Below, piece after piece: positions 1 through 9,097 of a stretch of DNA of 64,000 nucleotides; the stretch's first letter is position 1; the number at the start of each line of letters is the position of its first letter. This DNA is from Candidatus Eiseniibacteriota bacterium (GTDB lineage: Bacteria > Eisenbacteria > RBG-16-71-46 > CAIMUX01 > VGJL01). Below the pieces are notes generated by a model. It saw nothing but the letters and a program-made list of their open reading frames with translations, ran no database searches and was not told where the DNA came from. The position numbers and the translations under genes are program-made. The stretch spans positions 896,001 through 960,000 of the forward strand of contig CAWBWI010000006.1 of NCBI GenBank assembly GCA_963792585.1. The letters are read 5' to 3'.

Positions 1-263
1 GGCGCGAGTTGCTCCACCGCGTAGGGACGGGGCGCGACGACGTCGACGGTGTCGCACGGCGGAAGCCAGAAAGCGGCTCCCTGCCCGCACGCGGAGGCTG
101 CCATGGACGCGAGCGCGGCGATGGGTAGGCCGGAGCGGATGACGCCATGAATGATGGAACCACGACGGATCTCGGCGCGACGCCGTGAGATGATGCGGCC
201 GAATGGTAGGTACAGGCTGCGAAGCCGCGCGAAGCGGCGCCGCCGGAGGAGCGATCGAGCCAT
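1..263 (-). CDS. N-terminal part of a probable TonB-dependent cobalamin receptor (BtuB-like); runs off the window edge
   Basis: Open frame from ATG 263 (or GTG 266), with a GAGAGGGGGG SD at 271-280. It reads MARSLLRRRR...IAALASMAASACGQ...CDTVDVVAPR: a signal-like hydrophobic stretch followed by a TonB-box-like DTVDVVA. It lies directly downstream of a cobalamin riboswitch. Confidence 0.6.
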   Translation of the reverse strand, partial: MARSLLRRRRFARLRSLYLPFGRIISRRRAEIRRGSIIHGVIRSGLPIAALASMAASACGQGAAFWLPPCDTVDVVAPRPYAVEQLA

Positions 264-319
264 CACGGAACCCCCCTCTCGGTCTTGTCCGAACCGAAGG
301 AGATTAGTGAAGGCTTCCC

Positions 320-497
320 GCCAGGTCTTCTGGCTCTCGGATCATCCCGCTCCCCGCGCCTTCCCAGCTTTCGCCAGTGGCATCCTGCGGAGGCGGTCCC
401 CGACTACAGCGGCGGGCCCGCAACGGTTTTCGACCGTTTTCCCTGTGTCCGGCGCCGAAGTGCGCCGGAGGGCGAGAAGCCCTTTCAATGTACCGGC
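320..497 (-). promoter_or_regulatory. Cobalamin (B12) riboswitch
   Basis: The minus strand contains the conserved elements AGGGAA-aacgg-tcgaaa-accgtt, GCCCGCCGCTGT and GCCACTG...GGGAAGG, plus the B12 box GAGCCAGAAGACCTGGC. Confidence 0.93.
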
Positions 498-569
498 AGA
501 CTAGGCTGGTCGAATCGGGACGTCAAGTACGGATGCCCGCGTGCGGATGCCCGAGCGGACACCAACGAT

Positions 570-1529
570 TCAGTCGGCTGCCGAGGTCGGCGCGGACGAG
601 TCCAGCGATGCCATGCCGCGCCGGTGGAGAGGCAGGAGTGCGGCGAACAGGAATGTGTGCGTCGGCACATCGATGCCGGACGCGCCGGCCAGGCGCACGA
701 CCGCGCCGTTCCACGCATCGAGCTCGGACGGCCGGCCGGCCAGCAGGTCACGCTGCATTGATGAGGTGCCGTCCGGCAGCATGCTATCGTACGCGGCCAT
801 GGTGTTTGACGGCAGGTCTTCGGCCACGGAGATCCCTCGGGCGCCGGCAAGCGCCACGATCTCACGCACGCCGTCTTCGAGGAGGCGGCGCGTTTCCGGG
901 ACGGAGCGACATTCGCCGATGGATGCGCGCGCTACCGCACCGACCCCACCCAGAGGCACGACGAAGGCGAACTTCTCCCATAGCGCAACGTGGATGTCGT
1001 CGGAAATCTCGGCTATGGCGCCCGAGCCCTCGAAGGCGGCAAGCAACCGGCGCGTACGTTCGCTCGGCCTGCGATCGAGTTCGCCGAAGGCCAACCAGTT
1101 CCGGCGGCCCAGCGTGCGGATCACCCCCGGCGACTCGATGAAACTGATCGTGCCGCAGGTGCCGCCGACAACACGCTCCGGGCCGATGGCGGCGGCCACG
1201 ACATCGGCAGCCTCCACGCCGTTCTGTAGCGGCACAACGAACGTCTCCGGTCCGAGCATCGGCCCTAGCGTGGCCGCCGCGGCCGGCAACTGCCAGGTCT
1301 TCAATGCCATCAGCACGGCATCGACCGGCCCGACCTCGGCCGGGTCGTCCGTGGCGACGACCGGCTGGACGTGTAGGGTCTCGGTGGGTGTCACAACGGT
1401 CAGGCCGTGCCGGCGCAGAGCCGCGAGGTGTGCCCCGCGGGCCAGGAAGGCGACTCCGTGGCCGGCCAGGGCCAACCGCGAGCCGAATGCCGCGCCGACG
1501 CCGCCCGTGCCGTAGATCGCGATACGCAT
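570..1529 (-). CDS. panE: 2-dehydropantoate 2-reductase (ketopantoate reductase)
   Basis: N-terminal IAIYGTGGVG Rossmann motif, plus LQNGV, LWEKF, SSMQRDL and RPSELD motifs. Confidence 0.9.
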   Translation of the reverse strand: MRIAIYGTGGVGAAFGSRLALAGHGVAFLARGAHLAALRRHGLTVVTPTETLHVQPVVATDDPAEVGPVDAVLMALKTWQLPAAAATLGPMLGPETFVVPLQNGVEAADVVAAAIGPERVVGGTCGTISFIESPGVIRTLGRRNWLAFGELDRRPSERTRRLLAAFEGSGAIAEISDDIHVALWEKFAFVVPLGGVGAVARASIGECRSVPETRRLLEDGVREIVALAGARGISVAEDLPSNTMAAYDSMLPDGTSSMQRDLLAGRPSELDAWNGAVVRLAGASGIDVPTHTFLFAALLPLHRRGMASLDSSAPTSAAD

Positions 1530-1732
1530 GGGGTCAGACTGACGACCCGGGCGTGGCCAGTCAATTCCTCAGCACTCATCCGAGGATTTCCCACCCGTCC
1601 GACCCTGCCGGCGTCCTCACCAGGTCGGTCTCCAAGTTCTTGGCTCACCTCTACCACAACCGGCGATCGGTCCACTCCTCCTGCTACTCTTGTCGAGGAT
1701 CCCTCGGCCGCCGGACGATCCCAGGAGGGGCG

Positions 1733-2275
1733 ATGAGAAGCATCGTAACCGCCGTCAGCAGTGACGCCGACCACTCGTTCAGCAAGCCGAATCGGGACAG
1801 CATTCGACTGCACGCCGGGCTCGGAGTCGAAGGAGACGCGCATTTCGGGGCCACCGTGCAGCATCGCTCGCGAATCGCGCGCGATCCCCGGCAGCCCAAC
1901 CTGCGGCAGGTTCATCTGATCCACTCCGAGCTGCACGACGAACTGCGTCTGAGAGGATTTCGGATCGAGGCCGGGCAGATGGGGGAGAACATCACGACCC
2001 GCGGAATCGACCTGCTTGGCTTGCCGCGCGGCGCGCGGATTCGCCTCGGCGACACGGTCATCCTGGAGGTGACGGGCTTGCGGAGCCCATGCGCGCAGCT
2101 CGACGGGCTTCAGCCCGGCCTGATGGAGGCAACCCTCGGGCGCGACGAGAAGGGCGGCATCATCCGCAAGGCGGGGATCATGGCGATCGTCGTCGACGGT
2201 GGCGAGGTTCGCCCCGGCGATCCGATCGACGTCGAGCTGCCGGCGACACCCCACGTCCCACTGGGACCGGTGTGA
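1733..2275 (+). CDS. MOSC domain protein
   Basis: ATG 1733 follows an AGGAGG SD. Motifs GVEGDAH, RQVHLI, GENITT, RSPCAQLD and GEVRPGD. Confidence 0.85.
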   Translation: MRSIVTAVSSDADHSFSKPNRDSIRLHAGLGVEGDAHFGATVQHRSRIARDPRQPNLRQVHLIHSELHDELRLRGFRIEAGQMGENITTRGIDLLGLPRGARIRLGDTVILEVTGLRSPCAQLDGLQPGLMEATLGRDEKGGIIRKAGIMAIVVDGGEVRPGDPIDVELPATPHVPLGPV

Positions 2276-2465
2276 GAGACGCATGCAAGTTGCACGAACG
2301 TGCCATTTGCGTGGGGGACGTGGGATATTGCGAATCCCGACGTCTTGAAATTCGCAATGGCCCTTCCTCGAGGCTTGGCCAGCGGAACCCCTAGTTGCTT
2401 GCCGGGTATGGCGCTAGGTCTTCTCCCATCGTGACCGGATGGAATTCGACAAGAGCGTTTCATCT

Positions 2466-2480
2466 CGGCATCAGGCTTGC
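2466..2480 (+). promoter_or_regulatory. Putative sigma-54 (-24/-12) promoter of the pilin gene
   Basis: CGGCATCAGGCTTGC is GG-N10-GC with TTGC at -12, about 75 nt upstream of the pilin ATG. Confidence 0.6.
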
Positions 2481-2553
2481 GAGAGGGTGTCCGGTTGGTC
2501 CATCGAGACCGCATGGGTTTGGGTCGAATCGCGGGACGAAGGGAAGTGTCACC

Positions 2554-2928
2554 ATGAAACGGCTGGGTCGCGAACAGGGATTCACCCTGATCGAGTTGGC
2601 CATCGTTTGCGGGGTGATCGGCATCCTGTCCGCCATCGCAATTCCGAACTACGCCAAGACCAAGGCGCGGTCATCCGGGGCAGCCTGCGTCACGAACCAG
2701 CGAAACCTGTTCGTCGCCGCGACGCTCTACGCGTCCGACCACGGAGTCGCGGACGTTGTTCTGAATTGCCACACCCTGTTCGAGGAGAAGTACATCTCCG
2801 CGGAGATGGCGGACTGCCTCGATAGCGACGTCCGCGGCCAGGACGACTACAGCATCACGATCGAAGAAGGAAAGGTGACGAACGTCACGTGTGACATCGT
2901 CCCGGACGAGCACCACTGGGACCCCTGA
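2554..2928 (+). CDS. Type IV pilin / prepilin-type N-terminal methylation domain protein
   Basis: Class III signal peptide MKRLGREQG/FTLIEL with E5, followed by a hydrophobic helix and IAIPNY. Confidence 0.88.
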   Translation: MKRLGREQGFTLIELAIVCGVIGILSAIAIPNYAKTKARSSGAACVTNQRNLFVAATLYASDHGVADVVLNCHTLFEEKYISAEMADCLDSDVRGQDDYSITIEEGKVTNVTCDIVPDEHHWDP

Positions 2929-2982
2929 TTCTCCCGCTGGTCGACGGATCCGGCGAAAGGCGGCGCGGGATCCGCATCGAAC

Positions 2983-4989
2983 TCAGGGAGTCCCTCCACG
3001 ATCGAGAACGATCAGCTTCACGATCCCCCGGCCGGTCGGGGTCGTGAGGCGCAGGAAGCGGATTCCGCTGCCCGTCGCATTCCAGCTCCATTCGTGCCTC
3101 CCACCAGGGAACACACCATCGATGAGGCAATCGACTTTCCTGCCGGCGACGTCGCAGAGATCGAGTCGCACGGGCCCCGACTCCGCGAGTTCGAAGGAAA
3201 TGCGCGTCTCGCCGCACGCCGGGTTCGGCCTCGCGATGAGAAGCGGACGCGTGGGCGCGACAACCGGCAACGACGCGTCGGCCGTCATCGGCTCCTCGAG
3301 CCAGTGGACGATCCGTCCAACCAGCGTCCGCAGGTTGTTCGGATCCGGCCCCTCCGTGGGCACGGAATTCAGGGCAACGGGCATGAAGACCGCCCGCGCC
3401 CCGTTGGGCGCCACGTTGCGCAGCATCGCGCGCGATCCGTTCGGCGCAGTCAACACGGCCACGGCGGAGGCGCCCGGCACGGCATCGTCTCCTTTGCTCT
3501 GGAACGGTCCGTTGAACTGCAAATCGAGACTCACCGCATCTCCGATCGGATCGCCGGGCGTGCCGTCCAGGTGCGCGTAGCCGGTATCGAGCGTCCAGGA
3601 CGTGACTCCCAGATCGTCGCGCACGAAGTCGCTCTGGGCGGAGATCCCGTTCAGGAACCCCTGGCTCGTAAGGCAGAGGGCGCTCCCACCGGCCATCAGT
3701 TGATCCAGGGCGACGATGTCGAAACGATCCAGGGGGTAGGTCCCGAGATCGAAACCAGTGTGCCAGAGGACGACCTCGTAGTCGCGGATCTCTTCGATGA
3801 GCGGTGAATCCTGCCCGTGCGCGTGATAGCTGTCCCAGACGTCATAGATCAAGCCGTTCGCCGCAAGTGCCTCGAGCACGGCGGCTTCGTCCGCGCGGTT
3901 GCCGTCATCGTCGACGACCAACAGCGATCGTCCCCCGTTGAAGAGCTCGATCCTCTCCGAAGCCTCCCTCCCGGACGCGCGCGAGGCGACGCGGATGGTT
4001 CCACCGCGGACGGCGAGCGCCGCGTCGGTCCGAACACGAACCCGGACGAGCGACTCTCCGCCGGGATCCAGCGGAAGGTCGGCCGCGCCGTCGACCATCG
4101 CGTCCCAGCCCGCGAACGAACCCGCATCGAGGCCGATCGAGATCGTGTCGGTTTGCGGACCGGTGTTTCGAACGGTTGCATCGAACACCGACTCGCCGTT
4201 ACCCGAGGGAAGCGAGGCGACCGTGCGGGCGAGCGTGAACTCGAAATCTCCGTACGGTAAGCGTGCCGCCTGAATGACCGGACGGTTCCCCGCGGTCTGT
4301 TGCAGGAACGCGACCGCATGGATTTCAGCGCCGTTCCACGCGTCGTCCGTGGGGACCACGCGCGAGACGGTGACCCGATCGCCGGGGCTCTCGAGCGTGA
4401 TCGGCTGATCCACGATCGCGCGCACGACGTGTTGCCAGTGCTTCCCGCCGTAGGGGATCTCGTTCTCGTAGAGGATCAGCATGGCGTGCAGAGAGGAAAT
4501 CGCCACCGGATCGAGCAGCTCGAAGGTCGCCTGGATGACCACCCCATCCTCACCCGGAATGTAGGAGCCGGCGATCTGCACGGGGCTCGTCCCCCCGGTT
4601 TCCTGCAGGCGCTCCTCGATTCGCGCACGGTAATCGCCGGAGGTCTGATCGCAACTCTCCGCGCCGTCAACGGCAACCTTCCCGTCGATGCGCACGGCGG
4701 GAACGCCGCCCACCCCGTACCAGGCGCCGCGCGCCGCGGCCTCCGTCGTCGAGAGGGCCCCCGTGATGTGGTATTCGAAGGAGATGAAGCGCTCGCCGTA
4801 CTCCTCTTGCATCACCCGGAGCCCGCACCGGGCCCAGAAGCAGTAGCCTCAGAGGACGTGCCCGAAGTCCTCCGCGAGAATCACCTTCGGCACGCCGGCG
4901 GTCGCCGGCGCGGCGGGCAGCGCCGCGGAGAGAACTACTGCCATCGCGGCCGCGAGCACCGCGCCGTGGAAGCGGATTCGAAATCGCAT
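2983..4989 (-). CDS. Probable secreted selenoprotein: Omp28/thioredoxin-like domain with UxxC, central domains and a C-terminal FlgD/T9SS-like domain (TGA at 4849-4851 read as Sec)
   Basis: ATG 4989 (GGGGGG SD) is in frame with ORF 2983..4815. It reads signal peptide, then KVILAEDFGHVL-TGA-GYC. Downstream Omp28-type motifs: FEYH, YGVGGVP, LYENE, HVVR, AVAFLQ, VIQAA. A hairpin follows the TGA. Confidence 0.8.
4812..4848 (-). promoter_or_regulatory. Putative bacterial SECIS element
   Basis: After the TGA the sequence reads ggctactgcttct GGGCCC-GGTGC-GGGCTC. The apical loop begins with GG 19 nt after the UGA. Confidence 0.6.
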
Positions 4990-5197
4990 CGTCCCCCCTG
5001 GAATACACCGCGTTGCGAAAGCCGGCCATGACCGTCACGACGTTGCAGAAGGAGTATAGCAGGGGACGTCGGCCCGGCGCGATGCCTCCGCTGTGGCCCC
5101 GGCGCGTCTTTCTTCCCGGCTTGACTCCGGGTACGGCCGCGTCGAGGATGGTCGTTCCATCGTATCGATGCGCAACCGCCGGACAGGAGAACGCCGG

Positions 5198-5593
5198 ATG
5201 AAGGTGAACGTCATCCTCTACGTGGAGGACCAGGAACGCAGCGCGCGATTCTACGCACGCGTGCTCGGCTTCGGTCCCACCCTCGATGTCCCCGGAATGA
5301 CCGAGTTCGCGATCGGGACCGACGTCGTGCTCGGTCTTATGCCCGCCGCCGGGATCGTGCGCCTACTGGGCGACGCCATCCGGGATCCACGGGAGGCGGC
5401 GGGAATCCCCCGCGCGGAGCTCTATCTCATCGGCCCCGACGCGACGGCCATGCATGCCGCGGCGCTCGCGGCGGGCGCTCGGGAGTTGAGCCCCGTCGCC
5501 CGGCGCGACTGGGGCCATCGCGCGGGGTATGTCGCCGATCCGGACGGGCATGTCGTGGCCTTCGCCGAAGTCGATCGCAACGCCCCGGCGTGA
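5198..5593 (+). CDS. VOC/glyoxalase family protein
   Basis: ILYVEDQERSARFY and RDWGHRAGYVADPDGH motifs; AGGAG SD. Confidence 0.85.
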   Translation: MKVNVILYVEDQERSARFYARVLGFGPTLDVPGMTEFAIGTDVVLGLMPAAGIVRLLGDAIRDPREAAGIPRAELYLIGPDATAMHAAALAAGARELSPVARRDWGHRAGYVADPDGHVVAFAEVDRNAPA

Positions 5594-5666
5594 GCCTGCG
5601 AGAAGACGTTTCCTTCCATCAAAGCCCTGCCATAGACTCTTCTCACCCAACCAAGGAGGGTTCGAA

Positions 5667-6248
5667 ATGACCAAGCGTAGGATGATCGCCCTCGTGTCGA
5701 TGCTGCTCACCGTCGGAACGGCCCTCGCCGCTCTGGCGCAGCGCCCCGACCCCGCAATGATGATCGGCGCGCAGAAGGAGGCGATGGCGCGCTTCGCATT
5801 CATGGACGGCGTCTGGAGAGGTCCCGCGTGGACCATCCTGGACACGGGCGAAAAGCACGAGATCACGCAGACCGAGCGGATCGGACCGATGCTCGATGGA
5901 TCGATCAGGGTGATGGAAGGGCGGGGCTATAACGCGGACGGAACCGTGGGCTTCAACGCCTTCGGTATCATCTCCTATGACCTGAGCACGAAGAGCTACG
6001 CCCTGCACTCGCACGCACAGGGATTCGCCGGCGACTTCCCCCTTACGCCGACCGCCGACGGATATGTCTGGGAGATCCCCGCGGGACCGATGACGATCCG
6101 CTACACCATGACCCTGAAGGACGGCACGTGGACCGAAGTCGGGGATCGCGTCATGCCCGGCAAGGACCCGATTCGCTTCTTCGAGATGGACCTGAAGCGC
6201 GTGGGCGACACCGACTGGCCGGCGGCGGGAGCCGTGCCGGCGAAGTAG
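5667..6248 (+). CDS. Secreted protein, DUF1579-like beta-barrel
   Basis: AAGGAGG SD, signal peptide, and FMDGVWRG and FFEMDLKR motifs. Confidence 0.65.
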   Translation: MTKRRMIALVSMLLTVGTALAALAQRPDPAMMIGAQKEAMARFAFMDGVWRGPAWTILDTGEKHEITQTERIGPMLDGSIRVMEGRGYNADGTVGFNAFGIISYDLSTKSYALHSHAQGFAGDFPLTPTADGYVWEIPAGPMTIRYTMTLKDGTWTEVGDRVMPGKDPIRFFEMDLKRVGDTDWPAAGAVPAK

Positions 6249-6330
6249 CGGGCGGCCCGGCTCGCGACGACCGGTCGGCGGCATCAGGGTCGTTTGGGGC
6301 GCGCGTCGGGAGAACCGGCGGGAGCACCGT

Positions 6331-7020
6331 CTATCCCGCGTATGCCTCCGAGAGCTTGGCCAGATAGGCGATGACCGCGTCCGCGAAGCTGCGGTAGTGG
6401 ATCCCGTCCACCACCCATGTGGCCGGATCCGACTGGGACATGAGGTACATCTCGATCTCCACCGCGGCGCCGAGCGCGCCGGTGAACTCCCCTTGCGCCG
6501 CGAGCCCGGAGCCCGCGATCAGGTAGAGGTCCTTCCGGTCGAACGACGGCGCGTGGGCGAAGACGAAGCCGGGCGCCATTTGCACCGTCGCCCGCGCCTC
6601 CGCGACCGCGGCGACGTTGTCGCCCATGGCGAGCAACACGGCCGCCCGTCCCGCGTGCGCCTCGGAATCCGAGGACACAAGCTCGATCGCGGCGTCGAGG
6701 CGACCCAGCGCCACACGCAGCGCCGTCGTATCGGCCGCGAGTTCCAGCCGGCTCCACCCCTCCCCCACAAATGCGGGCTCGTGGAGACGGTCCCGCGCGA
6801 TCGCGGCCTCGAAGAGCCCGGCGGCGTCCGCGAAGTCCCCTCTCTCGAACGCGACCCAGCCCTTGGCGGTGAGCGCCTCGGCGGTGTCGAGCGGCACGGT
6901 CGGCCCTCGATCGTCTCCGCAGGCGACGAGGGCGAGCAGGATCGCCGGCAGGATCCTCATCCACCCGACGCGCCTGAGACCGCGGTTCGTCTCGCACCCG
7001 TATCGCATGCCGTCCTCCAT
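6331..7020 (-). CDS. TPR-containing lipoprotein
   Basis: Lipobox LALVAC and TPR-like helices (GWVAFERGDFADAAGLFEAA). Its start overlaps the stop of the upstream gene. Confidence 0.75.
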   Translation of the reverse strand: MEDGMRYGCETNRGLRRVGWMRILPAILLALVACGDDRGPTVPLDTAEALTAKGWVAFERGDFADAAGLFEAAIARDRLHEPAFVGEGWSRLELAADTTALRVALGRLDAAIELVSSDSEAHAGRAAVLLAMGDNVAAVAEARATVQMAPGFVFAHAPSFDRKDLYLIAGSGLAAQGEFTGALGAAVEIEMYLMSQSDPATWVVDGIHYRSFADAVIAYLAKLSEAYAG

Positions 7021-9086
7021 CAGAACTCGATCGTCGCCTGGGCTTCGCCGAAGTGAACGCCGAAGGCCCCGTCCGCCGTCACCGTCGCGCTCGGCGTTCC
7101 CGGCAGCAGGTTCACGTTCCCGTGATAGAAGCCGGGACGCCCCGCGATTTCCTCCATCGAGATGGGCACACCGTCCGTCACGACCCGCAGCTCATCGAGA
7201 TGTCCCTCAGCAGTTACGAAGACCTGGAAGGAACGTGCCCGTCCGGGATTGCGGATCAGGCTCAGGTTCAGGACAGGCGCCGGCCGCGCCGTCACTGCGA
7301 TCGAGCCGGAAACGCCCGTCACGCGGAGGCTCGTGCCGATTGGATTGCGAAGCGACAGCCCTCCCAGCGTCAGTGTTGTCGACGCCCCCGAGTCGGCCAA
7401 GGCGCCGAACCGGAGGCTCGCAATCGTCCCTGTTCCCGGAGCAAGCGACGTACCGCTGGGGGCGCCGAGGGTCAGCATGAGCGTTCCGCTCTGCGGAACG
7501 GTCGCCGTGCAGTTGAGGCCGCTCCCCCGCCCCGCATGCTCCGCCCCGAGAAATCCCACAACGGTGGGATCGAATGCGATCTCCGTCTTGAGACTCCTGA
7601 TGTCGTTGTCATTGTCCAGCGTGAGCGGAATCTCGATCTCCCCGGCGGCCGGGACCGTCACGTTGGGCAGACCGACGACATTCTGGCCATCCGGGTACCC
7701 AACGAGATCGAAGTTGCTCGTCGTCTTGGAGGACCAGTGCAGCCCGTCGAACGCCTCGACCTTCACCCTCGCCCGCGTCGAGGGCGTGTCGGGAATCACC
7801 CAACGGTATCCACCGATGTACGGCTGGTCCGTGGCGATGTCGATCCAAGTCGTCCCGGCATCGGTCGAGTATGCGAAATCGATCCGAAGGTCCATCGGTT
7901 CCGTATCGCCGTCGTGCACCGTGAAGAGGATGTCGTGCGGGGTACCGACCAGCCAGTCCTCTCCGGCGCGCGGAGAGCTCACATAGATCGTCGGAGCCTG
8001 CGACATGGCGAAGTCGGAGTCCGATACGTCCTCGCCGTGGTCCTGCCCGTCGGAGACGATCGCCCGCACCCGTCCATGCCTGGTGTTGTTGTGGGGGTTG
8101 GTCAACCACCAAAACTTGCCCGTATTCTCGCTCGGGGTCTGACCGATCGGATCCCACGTCTCCCCGCCGTCGCTCGAGAACTCGAAGCGCATCTCCAGGC
8201 CGGACGTCGGCGTGTCGGGGTCGGTCGCTGCGTATAGGATCGTTTCAACTTCGCCCGATCGGAGGATCTCCCCTCCATTGGGGCTCAAGACCTGGACCTG
8301 CGGCGGCTGCGTCAGGATCGTGAAGTCCGCGTCCGAATCATCATAGGTTTCGTTCTGGCCGTCTCCGACGATCACGCGCAGGCGGGCGCGGGTGGTCCGC
8401 GTGCTGGGCACCGTCCACCGGCAACTCCCCATGTTGTAACACCAGCTGTCGGCGTCCGACCACGATACGCCGGAATTCGTCGAGAGCAGGACCTTCGCAT
8501 AGAGGTGCGCATCGGGGGTGTCGGGATCGGTCACGTCGTAGGTGATCGACAGCACCAGACCCGACGGGTAGGTCTCTCCACCATTGGGGACGAGAAGCGT
8601 CACCGAAGGGGGCATCGACGGCGATCCATCCGGCCACTGGACGGAGAGGCGATATGGGGCATCCGCGTCGTGCGCGCCGCTGAAGCCGAAGACGAGGACG
8701 TAGAAGGTCCCTGTCCGGTAAGTGTCGATCGACAACTCCTCATCATCCAGCCCGGAACGGGTCGCCCGCCATCCCTCGAAGCTCTCGATCTCGCCCGTCA
8801 TCGGATTCTTCACGAATAGGATCAGGTCGTAGTCGGCGGGAAGATCGTGGAGCCGGATCTGAATCGTTCCCATGACGGCGACCACGAAGGTGAACCAGTC
8901 GGGGTCATCGGCGGTCGAGATCCACGACTCGACCTCGACGCCGTTTTCGAGGACCGTGGCCGTCGCGGCGGTATCGTTGGGCTCGAAGCTGTCCGCGCGT
9001 CCCGGAGCCGCCGCAAGCAATCCAGCGGCCAGGAGCAGCAAGACGGCCAGCGCTGCGCGTGGGCCGCGCCCGAGTCGATCCGTCAT
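7020..9086 (-). CDS. Secreted multidomain protein: PPC-like domain, three PNGGE-type Ig-like repeats and a cohesin-like domain
   Basis: Signal peptide from ATG 9086. DSFEPNDT..DPDWF..DYDLIL (PPC-like); repeats PNGGE...STNSGVSW/SSDGGETW/STDAGTTW...RARxRV; IEIPLTLDN..IAFDP..GTIASLRF (cohesin-like). Confidence 0.7.
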   Translation of the reverse strand: MTDRLGRGPRAALAVLLLLAAGLLAAAPGRADSFEPNDTAATATVLENGVEVESWISTADDPDWFTFVVAVMGTIQIRLHDLPADYDLILFVKNPMTGEIESFEGWRATRSGLDDEELSIDTYRTGTFYVLVFGFSGAHDADAPYRLSVQWPDGSPSMPPSVTLLVPNGGETYPSGLVLSITYDVTDPDTPDAHLYAKVLLSTNSGVSWSDADSWCYNMGSCRWTVPSTRTTRARLRVIVGDGQNETYDDSDADFTILTQPPQVQVLSPNGGEILRSGEVETILYAATDPDTPTSGLEMRFEFSSDGGETWDPIGQTPSENTGKFWWLTNPHNNTRHGRVRAIVSDGQDHGEDVSDSDFAMSQAPTIYVSSPRAGEDWLVGTPHDILFTVHDGDTEPMDLRIDFAYSTDAGTTWIDIATDQPYIGGYRWVIPDTPSTRARVKVEAFDGLHWSSKTTSNFDLVGYPDGQNVVGLPNVTVPAAGEIEIPLTLDNDNDIRSLKTEIAFDPTVVGFLGAEHAGRGSGLNCTATVPQSGTLMLTLGAPSGTSLAPGTGTIASLRFGALADSGASTTLTLGGLSLRNPIGTSLRVTGVSGSIAVTARPAPVLNLSLIRNPGRARSFQVFVTAEGHLDELRVVTDGVPISMEEIAGRPGFYHGNVNLLPGTPSATVTADGAFGVHFGEAQATIEF

Positions 9087-9097
9087 TCCTCGAACTC

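Noticed and set aside
1535..1700. Possible gene remnant or further UGA readthrough upstream of panE
   Set aside because: Several mixed stops, no recognisable family and no redox motif.
2281..2310. TGGCACG on the minus strand as a sigma-54 site
   Set aside because: GG-to-GC spacing is 9 rather than 10, and it points into the end of the MOSC gene.
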